Made by a program: the position numbers and the translations under genes. DNA of 64,000 bases from a bacterium (lineage in GTDB: Bacteria; Patescibacteriota; Patescibacteriia; JAACEG01; JAGUWE01), in the NCBI GenBank assembly GCA_043798995.1, contig JAZDOD010000004.1, forward strand, positions 47,860 through 111,859, given 5' to 3'. Each line of letters begins with the position of its first letter. Within the stretch, counting starts at the first letter, position 1. Shown here in pieces: positions 28,244 through 37,576 of the stretch. Under the pieces are notes generated by a model, which worked only from the letters and a program-made list of their open reading frames with translations, was not told where the DNA came from and searched no databases.

Positions 28244-29719
28244 TTACCTTGCTTTTTTAGTTACATAAAAACCTAAATATTTACCTAACATCAGCCGTGT
28301 CTGCGCGTCAATCGCCGGAATTGAACCAAATAAAATCATACAATAAGGAAACAGCAACCACTGTAAAACCATTAAATAATATTTATGCCCGTGTTGTTTT
28401 TTCGGCTTTGGCGGCAGCATAATTAAACTTAAAACCGCCGAAAAAAATAACCCGACCATGGAAATAGTCATTAAATATCGCAAAACAATCGGCGCATTTT
28501 GGGTAAAAACCGTGGCTTTCACTTCTTTACCAGCGGTGTATAAAGGCAAATAGCCCATAAAAAAAATTAGAATCGGGGCCGTAGCCCACGAATAAGTTCC
28601 TTCCAACTGATTCCAAAGATAGCGGAATTTTTTGCGAAAACTAATTTTTTTATTGCCCCACATCTGCCAAACAATATAAGGAAAATTTTCCACTCCGTAG
28701 GCCCAGCGGCGAATCTGTCTATATTGATTAACCAAACTCTCCCAAAATTTACCGGCATAAGGCGTATCCATTGAAACAGGAATATGAATCGGCACAACCT
28801 CATAATCGCCATTGTATCTCACCATACCCTGAAGACAAATTCTTGAATCTTCGGTGACAATGTCGGTCTGCCAATAACCAATTTCAACCAAGGCCTTAAA
28901 ACTCATACTATGAGAAGAAAAAGTAAAAAGCCGTTCGGGCCGCGCCAAATCGGTAAAAAGCCAAAAAGTAGTGCTGTTATTGATAATTCTGAGTATAGCC
29001 GGCGAATCCCAGATGTTGTTATTATAAACTGCTACCGGCTGATAACTGGCACGGGTGCGATTCGGATGAAGGAGAAAAGTATAAGTTAAATAAGAAAAAT
29101 ATTCAGGATGAGGGCAAGTATCAGCATCAAAGTTAGAAACTAAAATATCCTCATAAGGAATCTGAAGTTCATCAATTAATTTGGTCGCCTGTTTGGCTGC
29201 CCAGGTAGCGTTCGCGCCTTTGCCGGCCAATTCGTCTTCTATATCTTTAGGATGGAGTGTTACTAAAAATTTAAAAAAAATATGGCCAAATTCTTTTTCT
29301 AAAATTTCCGCTATATTTAAAAAATTAACTTGATCTCGCTCTTCGCCGGCTAAAACTACGATTAATTTATCCAAAGGATAATTAACGGCAGCTAAGCTGC
29401 CAAAAGTAGTCCGTAAAACATTAACCGGCTCTTTATAAGTTGGCAGAATTATGAGGTGGTAAACTTTTTCCCAGCCAGTGATTTTTTTAACTTTTTCCAG
29501 CCAATTGATTTTAACGGCTCGACGATATTTAAAACAGGAATTAAGCAAATAAATCAAAAGATAACAAATTCTAACTAGCCAATAGCAATCAAAAACAATA
29601 ATAAAATAAATCCCCCAAAGCGGCTTGACAAAAGCTAAAATAATGGCCAGCACAAAAGTGCTCCAAACCATTACTCCCGGAATAATTTCTAAAATACGAT
29701 ATTTAGTATGATTGGTCAT
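28244..29719 (-). CDS. membrane-embedded processive-type GT2 glycosyltransferase
   Basis: PTYKE, GKGAN, DAD, TEDS, QIRRW (QxxRW); TM helices at both ends. Confidence 0.85.
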   Translation of the reverse strand: MTNHTKYRILEIIPGVMVWSTFVLAIILAFVKPLWGIYFIIVFDCYWLVRICYLLIYLLNSCFKYRRAVKINWLEKVKKITGWEKVYHLIILPTYKEPVNVLRTTFGSLAAVNYPLDKLIVVLAGEERDQVNFLNIAEILEKEFGHIFFKFLVTLHPKDIEDELAGKGANATWAAKQATKLIDELQIPYEDILVSNFDADTCPHPEYFSYLTYTFLLHPNRTRASYQPVAVYNNNIWDSPAILRIINNSTTFWLFTDLARPERLFTFSSHSMSFKALVEIGYWQTDIVTEDSRICLQGMVRYNGDYEVVPIHIPVSMDTPYAGKFWESLVNQYRQIRRWAYGVENFPYIVWQMWGNKKISFRKKFRYLWNQLEGTYSWATAPILIFFMGYLPLYTAGKEVKATVFTQNAPIVLRYLMTISMVGLFFSAVLSLIMLPPKPKKQHGHKYYLMVLQWLLFPYCMILFGSIPAIDAQTRLMLGKYLGFYVTKKAR

Positions 29720-29723
29720 TTGT

Positions 29724-30671
29724 TTATTTTTTCTTAAATCTTTTCACTCTAATCAATCCGGAACAAGGATAAATTTTAATTCCCCTTTTTTCAATTTCAT
29801 CTAAAAATAAATTCATGCCGATTGAATCAGAAGAAATATGGCCGGCAATAATGGCGTTAATGTGCGCCGCTTCAGCTTCTTCTTTATGTTTTTCCGAAAG
29901 ATGCATGGCGATAATCGTGCCAATACCGGCCTGAGCCATTTTTTCATAAATTTTTGGGCTGCCCTCCGTACCGCCGGTAATTTCGGTTACGGCAATCCGG
30001 CCAGAGCGGTTTTCTTCATTGCCGGAAAAAAGCCGAGGCCCGGCCTTGATTTTCAAAGCTTCCTGATATTCAGGAATAGTTTTTAGAAAATCCATTACCT
30101 CGCCGACATACTCAAATTTTCTTTTTTCAATTTCCCGCTTCAAAAAAGTGGCGACTAAATTGTCGCAGACGGTATGGGCGCTCATCAGACCAACGCCTAA
30201 ATATCTGGCGGCGTCAACAATCCGGTTATGATTAGCCGGGCTAACCGAGCGAGAAACTTCTGACATTCGCACTTTTATTAAACTTTCGGCAATATTTATT
30301 GGCACGCCGTAACCCTCCAATACCTCGGCCTGAAGGTGCATCACCTCATCCAAAGCGGCCAAGGCCTTACCCAAAGGATGGTGGGAAATAATTAGATCAA
30401 CCTTCAGGCGATCTGCTAAAAATAATTCGGCGCCGGCAATGTCAATGCCCGCCAAAACCTTTTTAATTGGCTTGGTAACCTCAATTAAAATTCGGGTGTC
30501 AGAATAAGGATTAGCAAGTTTTTCTGAATCAAATTCTTTTTTCTTTTTTTCATCAAGTTTTTGGTATTTTTCCTTGGCGCGAAGAAGTAATTTTCTAACC
30601 CTGGCCTCACCGCGCAAATCCGCTTTCATCCCCATTTTAACTGCTAAATCGTAAATTTGTTTAAGTGTCAT
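29724..30671 (-). CDS. NIF3-like (NGG1p interacting factor 3) protein
   Basis: AGID, ISHHP, HTVCDN, MH, AGHISSDSIG. Confidence 0.75.
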   Translation of the reverse strand: MTLKQIYDLAVKMGMKADLRGEARVRKLLLRAKEKYQKLDEKKKKEFDSEKLANPYSDTRILIEVTKPIKKVLAGIDIAGAELFLADRLKVDLIISHHPLGKALAALDEVMHLQAEVLEGYGVPINIAESLIKVRMSEVSRSVSPANHNRIVDAARYLGVGLMSAHTVCDNLVATFLKREIEKRKFEYVGEVMDFLKTIPEYQEALKIKAGPRLFSGNEENRSGRIAVTEITGGTEGSPKIYEKMAQAGIGTIIAMHLSEKHKEEAEAAHINAIIAGHISSDSIGMNLFLDEIEKRGIKIYPCSGLIRVKRFKKK

Positions 30672-30734
30672 AAATTTAAAAATTAAGTCTTAGTTTAAGT
30701 AAAAATAGCAAAGAAACCTGAAAAAATCAAGCCC

Positions 30735-30797
30735 TTGCAAAAAATTTAAAATTGGGTAAAATGAGGAGTGTTGAATAAATTACTCAACACTCCTCAT
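30735..30797 (+). promoter_or_regulatory. dnaB promoter with an adjacent 14-bp stem
   Basis: TTGCAA-16 bp-TAAAAT, then ATGAGGAGTGTTGA-N9-TCAACACTCCTCAT. Confidence 0.5.
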
Positions 30798-30837
30798 CCC
30801 GAGCCAAGGGGCGAGGGATTTTATACATAAAAATTCT

Positions 30838-32214
30838 ATGACTAACGGACAAAACGACAATTTAATAGGCCGGGTGCCGCCGCAAAATTTAGAGGCCGAA
30901 GCCTGCCTTTTAGGCTCGCTCTTAATTGACAAAGATGCGATTGTCAAAATTGCTGATATAGTTAAGGCCGATGATTTTTATTTAGAAAGCCACAAAATAA
31001 TCTTTGAAGCCATGGTCCAGCTCTACGAAAAGCGTCTGCCAATTGATATGTTAAGTTTGGCTAACCGCCTGATGGAAATTAACAAACTGGAAGATGTTGG
31101 TGGTCGCAGTTATTTAGTTAATCTTACTAATACGGTGCCAAGCGCCAGTCATGTTGTTTCTTACGCTCAGATTACATCTGAAAAAGCAACTTTAAGACGC
31201 CTGCTCAATGCCGCCACTGAAATAACCGGTTTAGCATTTAAGCAAGAGCAGGAAATTTCCGGTCTTTTAGATAAATCAGAACAATTGCTTTTTGCCGTTT
31301 CGCAAAAATATTTGACACGAAATTTCATACCCTTAAAAGACATTTTAACTGAGGCCTTTGAAAGAATTGATGAGCTTCACAGGGAAAAAGGAAAATTGCG
31401 CGGCATTCCGACCGGTTTTATTGATTTGGATAATAAATTAGCGGGACTGCAAAAATCTGATTTGATTGTTTTAGCGTCCCGTCCTTCCATGGGGAAAACT
31501 TCTTTAGCGCTGGATATTGCCCGTTATATGGCGATAACCGCCAAAGTGGCTGTCGGAATTTTCAGCTTGGAAATGTCTAAGGAACAATTAGTTGATCGGC
31601 TTCTCTGCGCCGAAGCCGGGGTTGATCTTTGGAGAATGCGCACCGGCCGACTTTCCGATCGCGATGATGACGACGATTTTCCCCGTATCGGCCATGCTAT
31701 GAACATTCTTTCTGAAGCCGAAATTTATATTGATGATTCGGCCACTGCTAACATTATGGAAATCAGGACTAAAGCCCGCCGCCTGCAGTCCGAGCACAAT
31801 TTAGGCATCTTGATTATTGATTATTTACAGCTAATGGAAGGGAGATCGGCTGAAAATCGGGTTCAAGAAATTGCTGATATTACCAGATCCCTAAAAGGCA
31901 TTGCCCGAGAACTCAATATTCCGGTTTTGGCTCTTTCGCAGCTTTCACGGGCAGTTGAATCGCGCACTCCCCCAATTCCCAAATTATCTGATCTTCGCGA
32001 GTCAGGTTCTATTGAACAGGATGCCGATGTGGTTATGTTTATTTACCGCGAAGAGATGTACAAAAGAGAAACATTACGCAAAAATATCGCCGATATTTAT
32101 ATTGCCAAACACCGCAACGGCCCCACCGGCCATATTGAACTTTATTTTGACGAACAAAAAACCTCTTTCAGAAGTTTGGAAAAAATAATTGAAGGGGGGG
32201 AACCGGTATTCTAA
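30838..32214 (+). CDS. dnaB: replicative DNA helicase
   Basis: PPQNLEAE, SRPSMGKT, FSLEM, IDYLQL, LSQLSR, DLRESGSIEQDAD, KHRNGP. Confidence 0.96.
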   Translation: MTNGQNDNLIGRVPPQNLEAEACLLGSLLIDKDAIVKIADIVKADDFYLESHKIIFEAMVQLYEKRLPIDMLSLANRLMEINKLEDVGGRSYLVNLTNTVPSASHVVSYAQITSEKATLRRLLNAATEITGLAFKQEQEISGLLDKSEQLLFAVSQKYLTRNFIPLKDILTEAFERIDELHREKGKLRGIPTGFIDLDNKLAGLQKSDLIVLASRPSMGKTSLALDIARYMAITAKVAVGIFSLEMSKEQLVDRLLCAEAGVDLWRMRTGRLSDRDDDDDFPRIGHAMNILSEAEIYIDDSATANIMEIRTKARRLQSEHNLGILIIDYLQLMEGRSAENRVQEIADITRSLKGIARELNIPVLALSQLSRAVESRTPPIPKLSDLRESGSIEQDADVVMFIYREEMYKRETLRKNIADIYIAKHRNGPTGHIELYFDEQKTSFRSLEKIIEGGEPVF

Positions 32215-32280
32215 CCTTTCGATTTTCTTTATTTATTTCACAAATAATCTCTTTTTAAAACCAAATCTACTTCTTATTAA

Positions 32281-32411
32281 AAATTTCTAATTAACCTAAT
32301 TAATCTAATTGACCTAAATAATATCCAATTATCCAAATCCCAAAAAAACTATTTTGGATATTGGTATTTAGAATTTAATTAGACTAATTAGAAATTAGAA
32401 ATTAGAAATTT
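32281..32411. repeat. AT-rich ~130-bp imperfect palindromic element, copy 1
   Basis: AAATTTCTAATTAACCTAATT...AATTAGACTAATTAGAAATT; second copy at 35631. Confidence 0.8.
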
Positions 32412-32416
32412 GTCTA

Positions 32417-33028
32417 ATGAGTTTATATCCCCCACCAATCCAACGTTTAATAGAATTATTCAATCGCTTTCCCGGCATCGGCGAAAAATCTGCTGCCCGT
32501 TTTGTTTTTTATTTATTAAAATTATCCGGGTCAGAAATTGAGGAGTTAACCGATCTTGTTAAAAATTTAAAAAATAAAATTCATGTTTGTGGCCTTTGCC
32601 ATAATTTTTCCGAAAGCGATCCTTGCCAGATCTGCCGAGACACCAAACGGCTAAAAAACATTATCTGTGTGGTGGCCAAACCCCAAGATTTAACTGCCAT
32701 TGAAAAAAGCGGCCAATATCAGGGACTTTATCACATTTTAGGCGGTATTTTAGAACCGCTCAACAATATTACGCCGGAAAATTTAAATATTAAAAGTTTA
32801 TTGGAAAGAATCAAAAACAATCAAAATGAAATCAAAGAAATTATTTTTTCTTTAAATCCGGATATTGAGGGCGAGACAACCTCTCTTTACCTTCATAAAC
32901 TTTTAAAGCAAAATTTTCCTCGCCTAAAAATCACCCGCTTAGCCCGAGGGCTTCCTATGGGCGCCGACATTGAATACGCTGATGACACTACTATTGCCAA
33001 TGCCCTCCAAGGCCGAAAGGAGTTTTAA
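32417..33028 (+). CDS. recR: recombination mediator RecR
   Basis: PGIGEKSA, CGLC...CQIC Zn finger, YHILGG, EGETT, RLARGLP. Confidence 0.95.
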   Translation: MSLYPPPIQRLIELFNRFPGIGEKSAARFVFYLLKLSGSEIEELTDLVKNLKNKIHVCGLCHNFSESDPCQICRDTKRLKNIICVVAKPQDLTAIEKSGQYQGLYHILGGILEPLNNITPENLNIKSLLERIKNNQNEIKEIIFSLNPDIEGETTSLYLHKLLKQNFPRLKITRLARGLPMGADIEYADDTTIANALQGRKEF

Positions 33029-33046
33029 AAAAGGCAAAATTCTAAT

Positions 33047-33074
33047 TGTCATTCCGTACTTGATACGGAATCCA
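33047..33074. repeat. half TGTCATTCC element
   Basis: TGTCATTCCGTA-cttga-TACGGAATCCA. Confidence 0.7.
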
Positions 33075-33153
33075 TATAATAATATAATTTGATCTTTTTA
33101 CAAAAGGCGACAGAGTTATCGGCTTTAAATAAAAAAACTTATTTTAAAAACTT

Positions 33154-33181
33154 AATCGAGGTCTTACGACCTCGATTTTTT
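33154..33181. terminator. terminator between convergent recR and rplU
   Basis: AATCGAGGTC-ttac-GACCTCGATT plus T-run. Confidence 0.6.
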
Positions 33182-33488
33182 ATATCTTCACAATCTTGAC
33201 TTTGGTAAAAAGTTGGCGGTGGCCTTTTTTGCGCTTGTAGCGGACTTTGGCTTTGTATTTAATAACCGTTATTTTTTTGGCTTTGCCTTGCTCCAAAATT
33301 TCGGCTTCAACTTTAATATCTTTAAGATAGGGCTTGCCAATTTCAACCGATTCGCCGTCAACGCGAAGCAAAACCTGGTCAAATTTGATTGTTTTACCGC
33401 GGGCCGGTTCAATTTTTTCAATTTTAAGAATCTCGCCTTCTTTAACGAGATATTGCTTGCCACCGGTTTTAATAACTGCTAATTTCAT
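33180..33488 (-). CDS. rplU: 50S ribosomal protein L21
   Basis: AVIKTGGKQY, KKGHRQ. Confidence 0.96.
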   Translation of the reverse strand: MKLAVIKTGGKQYLVKEGEILKIEKIEPARGKTIKFDQVLLRVDGESVEIGKPYLKDIKVEAEILEQGKAKKITVIKYKAKVRYKRKKGHRQLFTKVKIVKI

Positions 33489-33501
33489 AAGGTTACCTCA
33501 T

Positions 33502-33621
33502 TGTCATTCCGGACTTTCCAGCCGAAGGCGGATCAGCCTCGGGTGGAGATCCGGAATCTAGAAAATTTATTATAAATTCCCGCTCCCTGATTCTTCAAGG
33601 ACAAGTTTCGCAGGAATGACA
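33502..33621. repeat. TGTCATTCC...GGAATGACA element with nested insertions
   Basis: left hairpin loop holds a 30-bp double-hairpin variant (33518-33547); right hairpin holds an extra ~20-bp insert. Confidence 0.8.
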
Positions 33622-33638
33622 AATACAGTTTAGCAAAT

Positions 33639-34118
33639 TTATTTTTGGCAGTCAAGATAGCTGACCATTTGCCCGATTTTAATATTATTCTCCTTACTAA
33701 AATCGGCCTTGACTTCCAAAACATAATTAACCGGCACTTTCGGTGCAAAACTTTGAGGAAAAGTTTCAGGGCTTATGTTTTGGCTGATATCAACGATTTC
33801 TTTATCGCGAAGCCAGATGATATCAAGAGAAAAATTCATCTCTTTCATCCAAAAAGGATGCTGCGCATAATCAGAAAAAATAAAAAGCATACCCTCGTCC
33901 TGAGCTAAACTTGGCCGACCGCTTAAACCCTTGGCTCTTTTAAAAATCGTATTGGCCAATTCAACCTTAATTATTTTTTTATTAATTTCAACGCACTTTG
34001 AAAAAGATTTCTGATTTGTTTTTTTAAGGAAGCCGAGAGCAAAAATTAAAAATAAAAATAAAAAAATGGCAATTAAAACAAACATAAAATTAAATTTTGA
34101 AAAAAATTTTTTAGACAT
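33639..34118 (-). CDS. DUF192 family protein
   Basis: GLSGR, GMLFIF, FWMKEMNFSLDIIW, YVLEV. Confidence 0.88.
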   Translation of the reverse strand: MSKKFFSKFNFMFVLIAIFLFLFLIFALGFLKKTNQKSFSKCVEINKKIIKVELANTIFKRAKGLSGRPSLAQDEGMLFIFSDYAQHPFWMKEMNFSLDIIWLRDKEIVDISQNISPETFPQSFAPKVPVNYVLEVKADFSKENNIKIGQMVSYLDCQK

Positions 34119-35199
34119 TGGTTTTGCGCCTATAAAGATAAATGACACTCAAAGCCAAGATAAGCATTATCACCGCTAAAATTATTAAAGCATATAATTT
34201 ACCCAAACTTTGTAAAAGAAGGGCGCTCATGCCAAAAAGAAACGTTAAAAAATATAAAAATAAAACTGCCTGGCGTTGGCTCAAACCAGCGGAGAGCAGC
34301 CGAAAATGCAGATGTTTTTTGTCCGGTGTGCTAAAAGGCGATTTTTTTTCCCAAAAAAGGCGTCGCAGAATCACCCATAAAACATCCAAGATAGGAATTC
34401 CCATAATAAGAAGCGCCGTGGCGATTTTCCCGCCGGCAATAATAGCCAAAACCCCCAAGGTAAAGCCGCAAAACAAACTGCCGCCCTCCCCTAAAAAAAT
34501 TTTGGCCGGATGAAAATTAAAAATTAAAAAACCAAGTGAACTTCCGGCTAAAATAATGGCAATTAAAGCTGTCTGCGGCTGGGAAACGATTGGATTAAAA
34601 GACAAGAAAAAAATAACCAAAGCCCCAATTACGGTAATTCCGCTGACCAAGCCGTCGAGCCCGTCTAAAAATTTAGTCGTATACATCATACCCAAAAGCC
34701 AGATAAGAGCAAACAAATCAGCCCAAGGCGCAATCCGATAAGGAAGACCGGAGATCCGCAAAATCTCAAATTTCGGCTGATCCAAACGGATAATGCCGCC
34801 GAAGGGATTGGTAATAAAATGGATGCCGACACCGCTGGCAATCACAATTAAACAAGCTATAATAGGAAAAATTATCTGCCGAGCCGGCTTTAAATTATAT
34901 TTATCATCCAAAAAACCGCCGATCATCAAGACAGCGCCGCCCAATAAAAAACCGATAATATATTTAGGCAGATAATATTTAGTTAAAATATCGCCGCTAA
35001 TAAAAGAATAATAAATTACCACCAAGGAAAAACTCAAAAAAATTGCCGCCCCGCCCAGAAGCGGTATGGCTTTGGGGTGAATTTTTCTTTCCTGGTTCGG
35101 TTGGTCCACCACCTTCAATTTTAAAGCCAACTTCATCACCGCCTTAGTTAGGATTACTGATAAAATAAAGGCGGCTAAAAAAGCGATAAAATATTTCAT
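34111..35199 (-). CDS. WecA/TagO-like undecaprenyl-phosphate sugar-1-phosphate transferase (MraY family)
   Basis: P.LGG, GFLDD, FLDGLDGL, FNFHPAKIFLG, HLHFRL. Confidence 0.88.
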   Translation of the reverse strand: MKYFIAFLAAFILSVILTKAVMKLALKLKVVDQPNQERKIHPKAIPLLGGAAIFLSFSLVVIYYSFISGDILTKYYLPKYIIGFLLGGAVLMIGGFLDDKYNLKPARQIIFPIIACLIVIASGVGIHFITNPFGGIIRLDQPKFEILRISGLPYRIAPWADLFALIWLLGMMYTTKFLDGLDGLVSGITVIGALVIFFLSFNPIVSQPQTALIAIILAGSSLGFLIFNFHPAKIFLGEGGSLFCGFTLGVLAIIAGGKIATALLIMGIPILDVLWVILRRLFWEKKSPFSTPDKKHLHFRLLSAGLSQRQAVLFLYFLTFLFGMSALLLQSLGKLYALIILAVIMLILALSVIYLYRRKTNV

Positions 35200-35205
35200 A
35201 AAATC

Positions 35206-35234
35206 TTGACTCAATTTATATTTTATATTATAAT
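35206..35234 (+). promoter_or_regulatory. promoter for rpmA
   Basis: TTGACT-17 bp-TATAAT. Confidence 0.6.
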
Positions 35235-35341
35235 ATCTTTGTTGATAATTAAGCAATTATTCTATTAACGAATTACGGATTAAAATGATTCGCAATGCGT
35301 TAATTTATTAATAATCTAATAAATCTAATAATCAAAGAAAT

Positions 35342-35626
35342 ATGGCACATAAAAAAGCGGGTGGCTCAACTGCTTTGGGCCGCGATTCACAAGCTAAACG
35401 TCTGGGCGTCAAACTTCATGATGGAGTTTTTGCCAAAGCCGGCTCAATTATTATTCGCCAGCGAGGCACAAAATTTCATCCGGGCGAAAATGTCGGCCGC
35501 GGCAACGATGACACTTTATTCGCTTTGGCCTCCGGTAAAGTTAAATTTTTAACTCGGAAACTGCGAAAATACGACGGCAAATTAAAGACAACTAAGATTG
35601 TGTCGGTGATAGCCAGGAAAAAATAA
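35342..35626 (+). CDS. rpmA: 50S ribosomal protein L27
   Basis: [26 protein letters not shown]. Confidence 0.97.
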   Translation: MAHKKAGGSTALGRDSQAKRLGVKLHDGVFAKAGSIIIRQRGTKFHPGENVGRGNDDTLFALASGKVKFLTRKLRKYDGKLKTTKIVSVIARKK

Positions 35627-35630
35627 ATAC

Positions 35631-35775
35631 AAATTTCTAATTAACCTAATTATTCTAATTGACCTAAATAATACCCAATTAATTAAATCCCAAAAATATT
35701 ATTTTAGTCATTGGGGATTGGGATTTGATTAGGTTAATTAGACTAATTAGAAATTAGAAATCTCCTTTGGGGAGA
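35631..35775. repeat. AT-rich ~130-bp element, copy 2, capped by a 6-3-6 hairpin
   Basis: similar to 32281-32411; ends in TCTCCT-ttg-GGGAGA. Confidence 0.8.
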
Positions 35776-35782
35776 TTTTGTT

Positions 35783-37573
35783 TTATCTTTTCAATATTTC
35801 CAAAAACACCTGAGTGGGAATATCAACTTTGCCGCGGCCTTGCTCCATCATTTTTTTCTTGCCCTTCTTTTGTTTTTCCAAAAGCTTTCTCTTGCGTGTC
35901 ACATCACCGCCGTAAAGATTGGCGGTCACATCTTTTCGCAAGGCCGATAATTTTTCAGCGGCGATAATTTTCCCGCCGATAGCGGCCTGAATTTTAAGAA
36001 CAAATTGCTGGCGGGGTAAGGTTTTCTTTAATTTATTGACAATTTGCTTGCCAACTTTATAGGCCTCGTCTTCATAAACAATGGATGCCAAAGCCTCGGC
36101 AGGTTCTTCGGCAACTAAGATATCAAGCCGTATTATCTCGGCTTTTTTGAAACCTACTAATTCGTAATTCAAAGAAGCATAACCAGAACTGGCGCTTTTT
36201 AATTTATCATAAAAATCAACAATTAAGCTAGCCAAAGGAATTTTGTAATGCAAAATGATGCGATCCTCGCTCAAATACTCGGTGTTTAAATAATATCCTC
36301 GTTTCTCCTGGGTAAGTCCCATAATCTCTCCCAAGTATTCTTTGGGAGTAAAAATATCCAGATTCATAATCGGCTCTTCAATATATTCAATCTGGCTCGG
36401 ATCCGGCAATTCAAGCGGACTTTTAATTTCTAAAATTTGACCGTTTTTCTTTTTGACTTGATAAGCTACCGATGGCACGGTAATAACCAATTCCAAACCA
36501 TATTCTCTTTTTAGCCGTTCCTGAACAATATCTAAATGAAGCAGGCCCAGAAAACCGCAGCGGAGTCCAAAGCCCAAAACCGGCGAATGCTCTGGCACAA
36601 AAGTCAGGGCGGCATCGGATAATTTTAATTTTTCAACCGCCTCGCGCAGCCGATTGTAATCAGCGCCTTCGCGGCAAAATATTCCGGCAAACACCATCGG
36701 CTTTACTTTTTTGTAGCCGGGCAACGGCATAACTTCTTCAGCTACCTCGCTTAAAGTTATTGTATCACCTACCCGGCAGAAATTAACATCCTTAAAGCCG
36801 GAAACGATATAACCAATTTCGCCGGCCGACAAACTCTCGCTCTTAATTAATTCCGGCTTAAAAAAACCAACTTCTAAAACTTCGCTTTCAGTGGCGGTTG
36901 CCAGCATTTTTATTTTTTGCCCAGATTTAATTTGGCCGTCAAAAAGCCGAACATAAGCAATCACGCCCTTGTAATCATCATAAATTGAATCGAAAATTAA
37001 AGCGCGAAGCGGCAAAGTCAATAAGACCTTGGGAGGCGGAACTTTTTTGATTATCGCTTCCAAAATTTCTTGAGCGCCTTGGCCTGTTTTGCCTGAAGAC
37101 AAAATTATATCTGATTCAGGACAGCCCAAAAGGTTAATCAGCTCTTTTTTGGTTTTTTCAATTTGAGCGCCGGCTAAATCAATTTTATTGACTACCGGGA
37201 TAATAGTTAGATTCTGTTCTAGAGCTAAATAAAGGTTGGCTAAAGTCTGGGACTGAATGCCTTGGGTGGCGTCAACTAAAAGAATCGCTCCTTCCACGCA
37301 GGCCAAGGAGCGCGAAACTTCATAAGTAAAATCAACATGTCCCGGAGTGTCAATCAAATTCAAAATAAATTCATTGTTTTTATAGACCATTCTGACCGGT
37401 TGGAGCTTGATTGTTATTCCCCTCTCCCTTTCCAAATCCATCTGATCTAGCATTTGTTCTCTCATCTTTCTTTTTTCCACCGTGCCGGTCAATTCCAAAA
37501 AACGATCGGCTAAAGTTGATTTTCCGTGATCTATATGAGCGATGATGCAAAAATTCCTGATGTTTTGTTGCAT
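35783..37573 (-). CDS. lepA: elongation factor 4
   Basis: IRNFCIIAHIDHGKSTLADR, DTPGHVDF, GFLGLLH, YGGDVTRKRKLL. Confidence 0.97.
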   Translation of the reverse strand: MQQNIRNFCIIAHIDHGKSTLADRFLELTGTVEKRKMREQMLDQMDLERERGITIKLQPVRMVYKNNEFILNLIDTPGHVDFTYEVSRSLACVEGAILLVDATQGIQSQTLANLYLALEQNLTIIPVVNKIDLAGAQIEKTKKELINLLGCPESDIILSSGKTGQGAQEILEAIIKKVPPPKVLLTLPLRALIFDSIYDDYKGVIAYVRLFDGQIKSGQKIKMLATATESEVLEVGFFKPELIKSESLSAGEIGYIVSGFKDVNFCRVGDTITLSEVAEEVMPLPGYKKVKPMVFAGIFCREGADYNRLREAVEKLKLSDAALTFVPEHSPVLGFGLRCGFLGLLHLDIVQERLKREYGLELVITVPSVAYQVKKKNGQILEIKSPLELPDPSQIEYIEEPIMNLDIFTPKEYLGEIMGLTQEKRGYYLNTEYLSEDRIILHYKIPLASLIVDFYDKLKSASSGYASLNYELVGFKKAEIIRLDILVAEEPAEALASIVYEDEAYKVGKQIVNKLKKTLPRQQFVLKIQAAIGGKIIAAEKLSALRKDVTANLYGGDVTRKRKLLEKQKKGKKKMMEQGRGKVDIPTQVFLEILKR

Positions 37574-37576
37574 ATT

